From: an uncultured cyanobacterium
GTDB lineage: Bacteria; Cyanobacteriota; Cyanobacteriia; Cyanobacteriales; CAWCAG01
Assembly: GCA_963803805.1 (NCBI GenBank)
Contig: CAWDOD010000002.1
Coordinates: forward strand, 416,001 to 480,000
Direction of reading: 5' to 3'
DNA length: 64,000 nt
In this document: positions 50,794-61,340 of the stretch, piece after piece
Layout: each line of letters starts with the position of its first letter
Numbering within the stretch: position 1 is the first letter of the stretch
Program-made: the position numbers and the translations under genes
Notes under the pieces: model-generated
Seen by the model: the letters and a program-made list of their open reading frames with translations, nothing else
Databases searched by the model: none
What the model was told of the DNA's origin: nothing

Positions 50794-52289
50794 CACTTCC
50801 ATATCCAGGATATTCTTGGTCTTTCAATCACCATATGGGGAGAGTGAATTCGAGGGAAGTCTTTGCGCTTCTTGAATCGGCGTATCAATTCAGGCAACAT
50901 CCAAACTATCGAACATTGGTTAATCAGGCTCTTGTTGCTGGAGAAGTATTTACCGCAAATATTAGAGCTGATTCTGGGCAAGTGGATGCTTGGCGCGATT
51001 ATCAACAAATCCTCCCTGATTTGGGTCTGATTTACTCAACGAGATATATTAGACAACCACAGCTAACACCAATTGGTCTTATGTATATTGATGGCACAAT
51101 TGGTTATTCTGAGCTTTTTTCCACTCAAATTCTTGCTTATCAGTATCCTAATGGACACAAAACAGATATATCTCCAGCGGTAAAAAGAGAGTTATCACAA
51201 GCAGGAATCACTATTCCGCCAAATCGAACAGAGCTAGATGCTAATTCAGGAATCTTAATTAAGCCAGGAGTGCTAATTTTACAAGTTCTGGTTGAACTAT
51301 ATCGTCGAGGCTATGTTCCTGCCCTCGATACCCGTGAGTGTCTTCTGGCGCTTGTACCCACAATTCGCAACAGTGACTGGCAAGAAGCATTTACAAGATT
51401 ATTACAAATAAGACAGACAGGTGATACATCTGAGGCCGATAACCGAAGACTACGAGATGTTCAAGAGTGGTTTCAATTTTTGGGACAAAGTGACTTCGCA
51501 GTTAAGGAAAAAAACACAATTTATTTGGTCCATAAGGCTTTAGCAGAAATTGAACAACTTCAAGCTGTTTTAGATTTTCATACTGATCCAGCAACTTTCT
51601 GGATACCGCAAAGTTCGGTTGAGCGAAAGAATGCGTTATCCTGGTACGGATTCTTTGGTAGCCCAAGCATTGAATCTCAGTGGATAACGCCTGATGAATT
51701 ACGCAGTCAAGAGTATCTTTCAGAAAACTATCCTGATCACGAATTACTTGATAAAATCGATAGTTCTGCGGTGACTGCTGAGGATTCAGAAATTAATCTT
51801 AGACCTTTTTCGCCGAATGTTCCTGAAACTGTTGATGTAAATACTCCCGTCAATGTTGAGAATATTATCCAGGGACGGTCACGGCTGCGTGATAAAACAC
51901 GTCAGCATCAAGAAATTGTTGCAAGACTTGCAGCTAGGTTAACTGAGCTTTCCTACAACGTGGCAGACGATCCAAATTCAGTGGATTTACTTGCAGAGAA
52001 GAACGGCTTAGAAACTATTTTTGAAGTTAAAACCATTAATCGAAGAAACTTTCAACCTCGTATACGTTTAGGTGTAGGACAGTTATCAGAGTATAGATAC
52101 AGAAGACAATTGCAAACTCAAGTAAGACCTTCTTCTATTTTAGTTCTCGGTAATACCCTTCAGCTTCCAAGATGGGCACACGATTATTTTTCCTCTGATG
52201 TAAACATTGGTCTTCTATGCGCTAGAGCAGATGTATTTATAGCTTTAACTGGTGGAGCAATAGAGCTAGAAGTGCAAAATACAAGCTGA
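50790..52289 (+). CDS. Putative restriction endonuclease (AlwI-like N-terminal region plus PD-(D/E)xK domain)
   Basis: Overlaps the MTase stop. QILAYQYPNG...IKPG and C-terminal VDLL...IFEVKT...IRLGVGQLSEY. Confidence 0.65.
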   Translation: MTLPYPGYSWSFNHHMGRVNSREVFALLESAYQFRQHPNYRTLVNQALVAGEVFTANIRADSGQVDAWRDYQQILPDLGLIYSTRYIRQPQLTPIGLMYIDGTIGYSELFSTQILAYQYPNGHKTDISPAVKRELSQAGITIPPNRTELDANSGILIKPGVLILQVLVELYRRGYVPALDTRECLLALVPTIRNSDWQEAFTRLLQIRQTGDTSEADNRRLRDVQEWFQFLGQSDFAVKEKNTIYLVHKALAEIEQLQAVLDFHTDPATFWIPQSSVERKNALSWYGFFGSPSIESQWITPDELRSQEYLSENYPDHELLDKIDSSAVTAEDSEINLRPFSPNVPETVDVNTPVNVENIIQGRSRLRDKTRQHQEIVARLAARLTELSYNVADDPNSVDLLAEKNGLETIFEVKTINRRNFQPRIRLGVGQLSEYRYRRQLQTQVRPSSILVLGNTLQLPRWAHDYFSSDVNIGLLCARADVFIALTGGAIELEVQNTS

Positions 52290-52442
52290 AGCACTTAATA
52301 AGCTGCCTTGTGATGTTCTTATGACGTAAGCTTCCCACCAATCTGCTTCAGGTATAGTCCTAACCGATGGCTGAGGCAACCTGACTATATATCAAATGGA
52401 CATTTTATACGAATTTAATCGATCCAATCCCCCCTTTCAGGA

Positions 52443-52545
52443 TTTTATACCGACATTTTCCGTAGAATGCCTATGTGAGGTATTCTACACGGATTTTTTG
52501 CTTCTCAATCTGAAACCTAACACCTAAAAAGTATCTGGTATAAAA
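52443..52545. repeat. Possible small inverted-repeat element
   Basis: TTTTATACC / GGTATAAAA ends, internal hairpin CCGTAGAAT...ATTCTACACGG and ACCTAA repeats. Confidence 0.35.
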
Positions 52546-52701
52546 ATATTCAGCCCAATCTCATCTCACAAGATGTATTGTCTCAGATCACATTAATATT
52601 CTTCTTCTAAGCTGAACATGGAAGAAGTAATTTTTTTTATAATAGACTCGCAAGCCAGATAACAGTTTTTTAAGGACAAGCAAAGACCGCAAGGAGCCTA
52701 T

Positions 52702-53568
52702 ATGTTTCTCTCCACTAATTTATTCATAGACAACCTAATCCAACAATTAATCGTAGGTTATCGCCGTACCTATGGTGGTTGGAAATCTGAGTATGGGGAG
52801 ATTTTGGCTTGGGCTGCTGGTATGGCTTTGGAAAATATTGCCAACAGTGATGCCCTCTATCATAATGTCGAACATACTGTTTTTGTTACCCTGGTAGGAC
52901 AAGAAATTCTTCGCGGTAAACATATTAAAGAAGGTGGAGTAACTAACGAAGATTGGTTACACTTCCTCATTTCCTTACAGTGCCATGACATTGGTTATGT
53001 CAGAGGAGTTTGTAGCACTGACCAGCCCAAGGAAAGGCTGTATGCTACTGGGGTAGGAGATATGAAAGTTTCTGTTCCCCCAGGTTCAACAGATGCAAGT
53101 ATGGCTCCTTATCATGTAGATCGTGGTAAGCTTTTTGTCCAAGAGCGTTTTGGGCATCACAATCTTATCGATTCAGAAGTTCTCAAAAATAATATTGAGT
53201 TAACTCGTTTCCCTGTTCCTAACGATGATGACCATAATAGTACCAGCAGTTTTCCTGGTTTAGTGAGGGCAGCAGATTTAATTGGACAATTGAGTGATCC
53301 TCGCTACCTACAAAAAATTCCTGCTTTGTATTACGAATTTGAAGAAATTGGTACGAATAAGGCGTTAGGCTACCGCAACCCTGGAGATTTGCGTTCCAAT
53401 TATCCTAGTTTTTATTGGAAAGCGGTTTATCCCTATCTCCCTACCGCTCTAGCTTTTTTAGATTTAACTCAAGCTGGCAAACAAATTATCGCTAATCTCT
53501 ATGCTAATGTCTTCATGATTGAGCATGAGAAAGAAAGAATGCGTCTTGCTGGTGTGTTTGCCGCTTAA
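52702..53568 (+). CDS. HD-domain metalloprotein (Npun_R2479-like)
   Basis: DALYHNVEHT, CHDIGY, YHVDR, RAADLIGQ. Confidence 0.85.
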   Translation: MFLSTNLFIDNLIQQLIVGYRRTYGGWKSEYGEILAWAAGMALENIANSDALYHNVEHTVFVTLVGQEILRGKHIKEGGVTNEDWLHFLISLQCHDIGYVRGVCSTDQPKERLYATGVGDMKVSVPPGSTDASMAPYHVDRGKLFVQERFGHHNLIDSEVLKNNIELTRFPVPNDDDHNSTSSFPGLVRAADLIGQLSDPRYLQKIPALYYEFEEIGTNKALGYRNPGDLRSNYPSFYWKAVYPYLPTALAFLDLTQAGKQIIANLYANVFMIEHEKERMRLAGVFAA

Positions 53569-53711
53569 TCAAGTCACTCATTCATTGGCGTAAGTCTTCT
53601 TTTGGGAGTAAGTAACTCATTTTATTTAAGAAATTAGTATCAAGTTTTATAACAAGAACTTGACTTAAGAGCTACTATACTTGTTTGTAGCTCTAGCATA
53701 ACTAAATTTCT

Positions 53712-55076
53712 ATGGCAAACAATACAGACAAACCGACTGTCCATAAAGTTGTTGTGGTTGGTGGAGGTTTTGGGGGGCTTTATACCGCTAAAGCCTTGGG
53801 CAACACTCCTAATGTGGAAGTAACTTTAATTGATAAAAGGAACTTCCATCTTTTTCAACCCTTACTTTATCAAGTAGCTACAGGTTCCCTTTCCCCAGCC
53901 GATATTTCCTCTCCCCTCAGACTTGTACTTAGTGATAAGAAAAATATTAAAGTACTCTTAGATGAAGTTATTGATGTTGATCCTGTTAACCAAATTGTCA
54001 CTTGTAAAGGTCAAGAATTAAGCTACGATACCTTAGTTGCTGCAACTGGAGTTAGCCATCATTATTTTGGTAATGACCATTGGCAAGAAACCGCCCCTGG
54101 CTTAAAAACCGTAGAAGATGCCCTATTAATGCGTCGCCGGATTTTTATGGCTTTTGAAGCCGCAGAAAAGGAAAGTGACCCCGAAAAACGCCGGGCTTGG
54201 TTAAACTTTGTGGTGGTAGGAGGTGGTCCCACAGGAGTAGAATTGGCAGGAGCGATCGCCGAATTAGCCAACTCTACCCTCAAAAAAGATTTCCGTACCA
54301 TAGATACCACAGAAGCAAGTATTATCCTCTTAGAAGGGATGGATCGGGTTTTACCTCCTTACAACCCAGAATTATCAGCAAAAGCAGAAATAGCACTGAA
54401 TAAGTTGGGAGTGACGGTAAGAACGAATAGTTTAGTAACCCAGATTGAAGATAACACCGTTACAGTACGCCAAACCAAAATCAATCAAGTAGAAAAGATT
54501 ACCTCCCAAACCGTACTTTGGGCTGCTGGGGTAAAAGCTTCAGCAATGGGCAAAACTTTGGCACATAGAACCGGAGTAGAATTAGATCGTGCAGGTAGAG
54601 TGATGGTGAAGCCGGATTTAAGTATTGAAAACTATCCCAATATTTTTGTCATTGGCGATTTAGCCAACTTCGCCCACCAAGGAGAAAGACCTTTACCAGG
54701 AATTGCCCCAGTAGCAATGCAGGAAGGGGAATATATGGCTTCTTTGATTAAACGTAAGCTTAAAGGAGAAACCATAGCTGCCTTTCAATATATTGATCGT
54801 GGCAGCCTAGCAGTGATTGGTGAAAATGCTGCGGTAGTAGATTTAGGCTTTGTTAAGTTTTCTGGCTTCCTGGCTTGGTTAACTTGGGTATTCGTCCATA
54901 TTTACTACCTCATTGAATTTGATAACAAGTTGGTGGTGATGCTGCAATGGGCATGGAACTATTTAACCCGTGGTAGAGGGGCGCGTTTAATTACTGGAGA
55001 CGATTCTTTAGGTCAGCCCCAGGTGAATTTAGATGGGGATAGTTACCTGCCTCAACCCAGGGAAGCAAAGGTTTAG
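53712..55076 (+). CDS. Type II NADH dehydrogenase (NDH-2)
   Basis: Two GxGxxG motifs (VVGGGFGG, VVGGGPTGVE), FQPLLYQVATG, VIGD, C-terminal amphipathic/TM segment. Confidence 0.92.
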   Translation: MANNTDKPTVHKVVVVGGGFGGLYTAKALGNTPNVEVTLIDKRNFHLFQPLLYQVATGSLSPADISSPLRLVLSDKKNIKVLLDEVIDVDPVNQIVTCKGQELSYDTLVAATGVSHHYFGNDHWQETAPGLKTVEDALLMRRRIFMAFEAAEKESDPEKRRAWLNFVVVGGGPTGVELAGAIAELANSTLKKDFRTIDTTEASIILLEGMDRVLPPYNPELSAKAEIALNKLGVTVRTNSLVTQIEDNTVTVRQTKINQVEKITSQTVLWAAGVKASAMGKTLAHRTGVELDRAGRVMVKPDLSIENYPNIFVIGDLANFAHQGERPLPGIAPVAMQEGEYMASLIKRKLKGETIAAFQYIDRGSLAVIGENAAVVDLGFVKFSGFLAWLTWVFVHIYYLIEFDNKLVVMLQWAWNYLTRGRGARLITGDDSLGQPQVNLDGDSYLPQPREAKV

Positions 55077-55086
55077 TTATTAAGTT

Positions 55087-55197
55087 GGCGTTGCATCATT
55101 GCGAGATGATTCTGGGATTTACCGAAAAACTCGCCCTTATTTATTGGGGGTTTCAGCCTGTGCAAATTTAGTTATCATCCAACACCTATGCAACGCC
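55087..55197. mobile_element. MITE-like element family D (111 bp)
   Basis: TIR GGCGTTGCAT-N8-GATGAT at both ends; no TSD seen. Confidence 0.65.
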
Positions 55198-55323
55198 AAG
55201 ACCCCTCACCTGCTATGGCATCACGAAAGCAGCATCAAAAATGACTCTATCAATTTGAGAATAAGAGTGCAAACTTATGATTATGTAACAACATAAGTTT
55301 TGTTAGTCAACCAGACTATCTTC

Positions 55324-55926
55324 ATGAACCAAAAGCGGAAAAAAACTGTCCTGCTTATTGATTACGAAAACATTCAGAATCTTGATTTATCTCTGATTCA
55401 ATCTCATGGTATTCAAATTAAAATATTTGTGGGAAAAAGTCAAAATAAGATACCGATTGACTTAGTTCAAGCCACTCAATGCTTAGGACGGAGAGTTGAA
55501 TGGATACAAATAGAAGGGAATGGTAGCAATGCCCTTGATTTTCATATTGCTTTTTATTTAGGTAAATTTAGTAGATATGCCAAAGGAAAAACTTTTCTAG
55601 TTTTATCTAAAGATAAAGGCTTCGATCCCCTCATTAAGTATATAAATAAGAGTAACATTAGTTGCCGAAGAATAGAAAGTTTACTTGAGTTAGCAAAAGA
55701 GAAGACGATTCGTGAAGATGCAGACTTAATAATGAAGATTATTGCTAACTTATCTAAAACTCAAAAGAATAAACGCCCAAAAACGCGAAAAAGTCTACGG
55801 CAGTATTTGAAATCGCTGCTTAAAAAACAGCAGTTGAGTGAACAAGAAATTGAGCAGCTAGTTGATAGCTTGATTGTTAAAGGAAAGATTTCTGAAGTGA
55901 GTAATAGCCTTACTTATAACTTTTGA
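55324..55926 (+). CDS. PIN/NYN-like domain protein
   Basis: LLIDYENIQ, GSNALDFHIAFYLG, VLSKDKGFDPL; ATG at 55324. Confidence 0.85.
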   Translation: MNQKRKKTVLLIDYENIQNLDLSLIQSHGIQIKIFVGKSQNKIPIDLVQATQCLGRRVEWIQIEGNGSNALDFHIAFYLGKFSRYAKGKTFLVLSKDKGFDPLIKYINKSNISCRRIESLLELAKEKTIREDADLIMKIIANLSKTQKNKRPKTRKSLRQYLKSLLKKQQLSEQEIEQLVDSLIVKGKISEVSNSLTYNF

Positions 55927-55981
55927 CATTTCAGATCAATTGGGGAAAGCTATAAAATAGGCATAAACATAGGAGTCTCTA

Positions 55982-56560
55982 ATGAAACCTATTCCTAACC
56001 AAGGGCAATTAACAACTTGGAAAGATGATCGGGGTTTTGGCTTTATAAAGCCGGATGATGGTGGTAAAGACATTTTCTTGCATATCAGTGCGTTGAAAAG
56101 AGCAAGTCGCCGTCCAAAAGTTGGAGATACAATTTTGTATGAAAGAGTTACTTAACCTGATGGAAAAGTACGGGCCGCCAAAGCCTCAATTCAAGGCGTT
56201 GCCCCTATTAAAACTAGAAGTTTTTCGATTAAGCAAAAATTAAGGAGACGCAAATGGAGTCGATTGGAGATTGCTATTGCTGTTGGAGTTATAGCTATAA
56301 TTGCGCTTTTTGAGATGCAGTTTGACGGTAGTAGTGATACTTCTTCTTCTATGACATCTTCCTCAGAATCTGTTACCTCTACTCTTAAACCTGGATGTAA
56401 TGTTAAAGGCAATATTTCAATGAATTCCGGTAACAAGATTTATCACCTTCCGGGTATGGAAGATTATCAATCAACTGTCATTGATACCTCACAAGGAGAA
56501 AGATGGTTTTGCACAGAAGCAGAGGCAATTAATAGTGGTTGGCGTAAAGCACCAAGATAG
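55982..56560 (+). pseudogene. Cold-shock domain + TM + Cys-containing C-terminal domain protein with an in-frame TAA
   Basis: [38 protein letters not shown] (RNP1/RNP2). TAA at 56153-56155; the same frame continues to GCNVKGNIS...IYHLPG...GERWFCTEAEA...GWRKA. Confidence 0.8.
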
Positions 56561-56628
56561 ATATAGTAGCTTAGTATTTACAAGAATGTTTAGAATAAAA
56601 GACAAAGAAAAACTTTTTTTTGAATTAA

Positions 56629-58944
56629 ATGTTAAACAGCTTATCTCAATGGGAAATTATACCAAACTTAGAAATACCTAACTGGTTTGTCGAAGCGGTT
56701 AAAGCCTGTACTTCTCAATCTCAAGGCGATTATGCAGCACAATTATTATGGCGTAGAGGGATTCGGGAGCAACAAAAATTAGCTGGTTTTCTTAACCCAA
56801 ACTTATATGAACCTACTAGTCCTTTTGACTTTGGGCAAGAGATGAATATGGCTGTCAAAAGGCTGATTGAGGGAAGAGAAAGGGGAGAAAAAGTTGTTAT
56901 TTGGGGAGACTTTGATGCTGATGGTATTACTTCTACTAGCGTTTTGTGGGAAGGTTTAGGGCAGTTTTTCCCGCAACAAAACCTTAGCTATTATATACCC
57001 AATCGCCTCACAGAATCCCATGGCTTAAATAATTTAGGTATTGATAGTTTAGCTGAAAAAGGTACTCAATTAATTGTTACTTGCGATACGGGAAGTACGA
57101 ACTTAAAAGAAATAGATTATGCCCAAGAATTAGGCATAGATATTATTATCACAGATCACCATACTCTTCCTCCTGAACGTCCTCCTGTGGTGGCAATTAT
57201 CAACCCCCGCTACTTTGCCCAACATCACCCTCTTTTTCATCTTTCTGGGGTAGCAGTGGCTTATAAATTAATAGAAGCACTTTATTTAACCCTGCCGGAA
57301 GTGCCGCAACAACCTTTAGAAAACCTCTTAGATTTAGTTGCTATTGGTTTAATTGCTGATTTAGTAGAATTAAGTGGAGATTGCCGTTATTTAGCGCAAA
57401 AAGGCATCTCACAATTACAAAAACAAACCGGGAAAAATGCTACTCGTCCTGGAGTTGCTTACCTCTTAAAGTTATGTCAAAAAACAGGCGATCGCCCCAC
57501 AGATATTTCCTTTGGTTTAGGACCAAGAATTAATGCTGTTAGTCGCATTCAAGGGGAAGCAAGTTTTTGTGTAGAACTGCTTACTAGTCGTGATGCTAAA
57601 TACTGTGAAAAATTAGCTTTAGAAACAGAATTAGCTAATACTCGCCGCAAAGAAATTCAAAAGAATGTCACAGAAAATGTGAAAAGAAAGTTAGCTCAAA
57701 TGGATTTATCCACTACTAGGGTAATTGTTTTAGAAGATAGTCAATGGGAAGTGGGAGTATTAGGTTTAGTAGCAGGACAAATTGCTACTGAATATGGTCG
57801 TCCTACGGTTTTATTAACGATAACAGAAGAAGGGGAAGAATTACCCTTAGCTAAAGGTTCTGCTCGTTCGGTAGGGGGAATTGATTTATATGAATTGATC
57901 TATTCTCAAGCTCATTTATTAAACCGTTTTGGGGGTCATCCTTTTGCTGCTGGGTTAAGTTTGCCTGTGGAAAATTTGACTTTGTTTAAAGAAGCAATTA
58001 ACCAAAAATTGAGACAAGAAAGCGGTGATGCTAACAATCTTAGCCAGGTAATTCAAGTTGATTTAACGGTTACTGTAGCGGAATTAGGGAAGGAATTATT
58101 TCGAGAACTGAAATTATTAGAACCTTGTGGCATGGGTAATCCTGTCCCTAAACTTCTAATTAAAAACTGTTGGTTTGAGCAAGTTTGGAATCGCAATCAA
58201 CAAGACTATCGCGGCAAGAAAGTTCAGTATATTAAAACGACCTTTGAAATCTGGGATAGTTCCTGCAAACAAGAAGGATTTCCAGGGATTTGGTGGGGAC
58301 ATTATAAAGAAGATATTCCCGGAAATAAAGAACCCTGTGATGTGGTGGTGGAGTTGGATTTCAACACCTATGAATCTCGTTATGAAGTGCGTATCATTGA
58401 TATTAAACCTGACAAGCAAGGAGATAAACAAACAGCTAATTTATTAGGTGATAACTTCTTGATAGATATGCGTTCCCTGGAATTAAAGAAAACAGAAATA
58501 GCTAATTTTCCTGTCGCAATAGAAGAATGTCCTGGTAGTTGGGAAGAAATTAATACACCTTGTCAAAAAGCCATGGTTCATAATCAAAAAGTTGCTTTAG
58601 CTTATGGCCCATCATCAGAAATTTCTGCCCCGCAAACCTGGAAGAAATTAGTCGGTTTGGCTAAGTATCTTAACCGTACAGGGAAAACAGCAACTTCTGC
58701 TCAACTACAGGAAAAGTTAAACATCAATAGACAGACTTTGCAACTAGGTTTAGAAGCACTAACATCTTCCGGTTTTCAAGTGAATCAGCAGGGAAATTCT
58801 TGGCAAATAAGTTGGCAAGAAAAAGTTAACCATAACCCACAAGAAAAATTGTTAGCCTTTTTTACCGCAGTAGAAGAAGAACAATTCAGGCGCTCTTTTT
58901 TCTATAAAGTTCCCATTTCTACTTTGCAAAATACTATTTACTAA
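56629..58944 (+). CDS. recJ: ssDNA-specific exonuclease RecJ
   Basis: GDFDADG, TCDTG, TDHH, GPRINA, GSARS, GGHPFAAG, LEPCGMGNP. Confidence 0.95.
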   Translation: MLNSLSQWEIIPNLEIPNWFVEAVKACTSQSQGDYAAQLLWRRGIREQQKLAGFLNPNLYEPTSPFDFGQEMNMAVKRLIEGRERGEKVVIWGDFDADGITSTSVLWEGLGQFFPQQNLSYYIPNRLTESHGLNNLGIDSLAEKGTQLIVTCDTGSTNLKEIDYAQELGIDIIITDHHTLPPERPPVVAIINPRYFAQHHPLFHLSGVAVAYKLIEALYLTLPEVPQQPLENLLDLVAIGLIADLVELSGDCRYLAQKGISQLQKQTGKNATRPGVAYLLKLCQKTGDRPTDISFGLGPRINAVSRIQGEASFCVELLTSRDAKYCEKLALETELANTRRKEIQKNVTENVKRKLAQMDLSTTRVIVLEDSQWEVGVLGLVAGQIATEYGRPTVLLTITEEGEELPLAKGSARSVGGIDLYELIYSQAHLLNRFGGHPFAAGLSLPVENLTLFKEAINQKLRQESGDANNLSQVIQVDLTVTVAELGKELFRELKLLEPCGMGNPVPKLLIKNCWFEQVWNRNQQDYRGKKVQYIKTTFEIWDSSCKQEGFPGIWWGHYKEDIPGNKEPCDVVVELDFNTYESRYEVRIIDIKPDKQGDKQTANLLGDNFLIDMRSLELKKTEIANFPVAIEECPGSWEEINTPCQKAMVHNQKVALAYGPSSEISAPQTWKKLVGLAKYLNRTGKTATSAQLQEKLNINRQTLQLGLEALTSSGFQVNQQGNSWQISWQEKVNHNPQEKLLAFFTAVEEEQFRRSFFYKVPISTLQNTIY

Positions 58945-58961
58945 AACCTACATAAGTTCTC

Positions 58962-58993
58962 TTGACTTTCTAGCTAACTAGAGAGTTTATCAT
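58962..58993 (+). promoter_or_regulatory. Putative MerR-type promoter/operator
   Basis: TTGACT-20 bp-TATCAT with the dyad ACTTTCTAG-CTAA-CTAGAGAGT between the boxes. Confidence 0.6.
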
Positions 58994-59033
58994 AGAAATT
59001 CAATAAATAATTTAGTTATCAGTTGAATTAGTA

Positions 59034-59603
59034 ATGTCAAAACTCTCATCTAAAATAACCATAGCTTCAATTGTGATTGCAGCTATTGTTGGTGCAAGCA
59101 TTTACTTTACTTCCACTCAAGGCGAAAACGAGACTGCCAATCATTCAAGTATCACTAACAATGTCAACACAGCTACTTTAACTAGTGTCTGGGATAAAGA
59201 AACCGAACCCTTCTATCAAGGAATTAAAGAAATCACTGTCTATCGTAGCCCCAACTGTGGTTGCTGTGGAGAATGGATTAAACACGCCCAAAAACACGGC
59301 TTTAAGGTTGAAGACATCAAAACTGAGGAAATGGAGGCACTCAAGCGAAAATACAATGTGCCTCCAGAGTTAGCATCCTGTCATACAGCCATTGTTGATG
59401 GTTATGTCATGGAAGGCCACATTCCCGTAGATGACATCAAACGTTTCCTTAAAGCAAAACCAGAGTTAGCTGGCTTAAGCGTACCAGGAATGCCTTTAGG
59501 AACCCCAGGAATGGAAGCAGGGGAAACTCAGCAGCCATTTGAAGTATTGGCATTCAATGCTAAAGGAGAAGTTGAAGTGTTTAAGGAATATCAATCTTAC
59601 TAA
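59034..59603 (+). CDS. DUF411 / CopG-like periplasmic metal-binding protein
   Basis: SPNCGCC, SCHTA, EGHIP, VPGMPLGTPGME. Confidence 0.9.
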   Translation: MSKLSSKITIASIVIAAIVGASIYFTSTQGENETANHSSITNNVNTATLTSVWDKETEPFYQGIKEITVYRSPNCGCCGEWIKHAQKHGFKVEDIKTEEMEALKRKYNVPPELASCHTAIVDGYVMEGHIPVDDIKRFLKAKPELAGLSVPGMPLGTPGMEAGETQQPFEVLAFNAKGEVEVFKEYQSY

Positions 59604-59625
59604 TACAAAGTCAATTTAATTAATA

Positions 59626-61089
59626 ATGGCTAAGATTAATCGTCGCCAATTTCTCACTTTTAGCGCTGCTGGTGCTAGTGCAGCTATTTTTACCAGTTGC
59701 AAGAGAGGAAAGAGTAGTTACAGCAAAACTTTAGGGAATTCTTCTCTGGATTTACCTCAACTGCACAAAAGCACCAATGGTTTATTGGAGTTAGGTTTGC
59801 AAGCTAGTGAACGTCCTGTCAATTTGGATGGGAAACAAGCAGATTTATTAACCTATAACGGACAAATTCCTGCACCTCGCTTAGAAGCTAAAGCAGGAGA
59901 TCAGGTTCGCATTCACTTTACTAACAATCTTTCCCAACCAACCAACATTCACTATCACGGCTTGCATATTCCCATTGTAGGTAATGCAGATAATGTCTTC
60001 CTCAAAATTAAGCCAGGGGACAAACTAACCTATGAATTTCAGATTCCTCTCAATCATCCAGGCGGAACATTTTGGTATCATCCCCACTTACATGGTTTAG
60101 TTGCCGAACAGTTATTTGGGGGGTTGGCAGGCTTATTTATTGTACGGGGTGAGTTAGATGCAATCCCGGAAATAAAAGCAGCGAAAGAAGAGTTTTTGGT
60201 ATTGCAAGACTTTGCTTTAGATAACGATGGTAAACCAATTGATTCGGCGCAAATGTCTCTGATGGCAGGGCGAGAAGGGGATATAATTACAATCAATGGT
60301 CAAGTAAATCCTCCTCTTTCTTTGCCTGAAGCAGGATTATTACGGTTGCGAATTCTCAACGCTTCTCCTTCTCGCTTTTATAGGTTAGTTTTAGAAGATC
60401 ATCCTTTTTACCAAATTGCTACTGACGGCGGCGCATTGAACAAACCAATAGAAGTTAGGGAATTGTTACTAACTCCAGGACAACGTGCCGAAGTTTTAGT
60501 AAAAGGCGATTCCAAACCAGGAAAATATCGCTTACTTAGTTTACCCTATGACCGAGGTAGTATAGGTATGATGGGCGGCGGTATGATGGGCAGAAATAGA
60601 AATAACCGCCGCAATGAATCAATAACTTTAGCAACCCTCAACTACGAATCCTCTACCAACTCTCTATCTTTGCCAAGTAAGCTTACTTCCATCCCTCAAT
60701 TGCCACAACCTCAGCAAGTGAGAAGCTTTGAACTCAACCACGGCATGAATCCTGGCGTAGGCATGGGTTTTTTAATTAACGGTGAACCCTATCAAGGCGA
60801 TCGCTTAGATACCGAAGTTAAACTTGGTACTGTAGAAGATTGGGAAATAATCAATGCAGGTGTAATGGATCATCCTTTCCACATTCATGGAAATGCTTTT
60901 CAAGTGATTAGTCGTGACGGAAAAGCAGAATCATTACCAGCTTGGCGAGACACTGTACTGGTACGCAGGAATGAAACTATCCGCATTCGTATTCCCTTCC
61001 AAGACTTTGCAGGTAAAACTGTTTATCACTGTCATATTCTTGATCATGAAGATTTAGGAATGATGGGAAATTTATTGATTCAAGCTTAA
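59626..61089 (+). CDS. Multicopper oxidase (Tat-exported)
   Basis: RRQFL; HYHG, WYHPH, HPFHIHG, HCHILDHEDLGMM; Met/Gly-rich loop. Confidence 0.95.
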   Translation: MAKINRRQFLTFSAAGASAAIFTSCKRGKSSYSKTLGNSSLDLPQLHKSTNGLLELGLQASERPVNLDGKQADLLTYNGQIPAPRLEAKAGDQVRIHFTNNLSQPTNIHYHGLHIPIVGNADNVFLKIKPGDKLTYEFQIPLNHPGGTFWYHPHLHGLVAEQLFGGLAGLFIVRGELDAIPEIKAAKEEFLVLQDFALDNDGKPIDSAQMSLMAGREGDIITINGQVNPPLSLPEAGLLRLRILNASPSRFYRLVLEDHPFYQIATDGGALNKPIEVRELLLTPGQRAEVLVKGDSKPGKYRLLSLPYDRGSIGMMGGGMMGRNRNNRRNESITLATLNYESSTNSLSLPSKLTSIPQLPQPQQVRSFELNHGMNPGVGMGFLINGEPYQGDRLDTEVKLGTVEDWEIINAGVMDHPFHIHGNAFQVISRDGKAESLPAWRDTVLVRRNETIRIRIPFQDFAGKTVYHCHILDHEDLGMMGNLLIQA

Positions 61090-61120
61090 TGATTAATTTT
61101 GCTAGAAAAGTTAAGGATAG

Positions 61121-61157
61121 GCATTAATTGATTGAATTAAAGAAAATCAATTAATGC
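61121..61157. terminator. Stem-loop after the multicopper oxidase gene
   Basis: 13-bp perfect inverted repeat GCATTAATTGATT / AATCAATTAATGC. Confidence 0.45.
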
Positions 61158-61340
61158 TAACAAACTAATTTTTGTAACTTAATCTCTTGCCTTAGTAAAT
61201 AAAGATGAAACCGCGATGAAATGCTAGTAAGACCTAAGAGATAAATATTATATTTTTACTATTACTTCGGTTGAGAGAAGCAGTAATTAGACTGTTTGTT
61301 TTATCATTTTATTGGTAAATGAAGTAATAGGAAAGTTCTA

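Noticed and set aside
56153-56155. Stop-codon reassignment or read-through
   Set aside because: Single instance; TAA terminates many other genes in the window normally.
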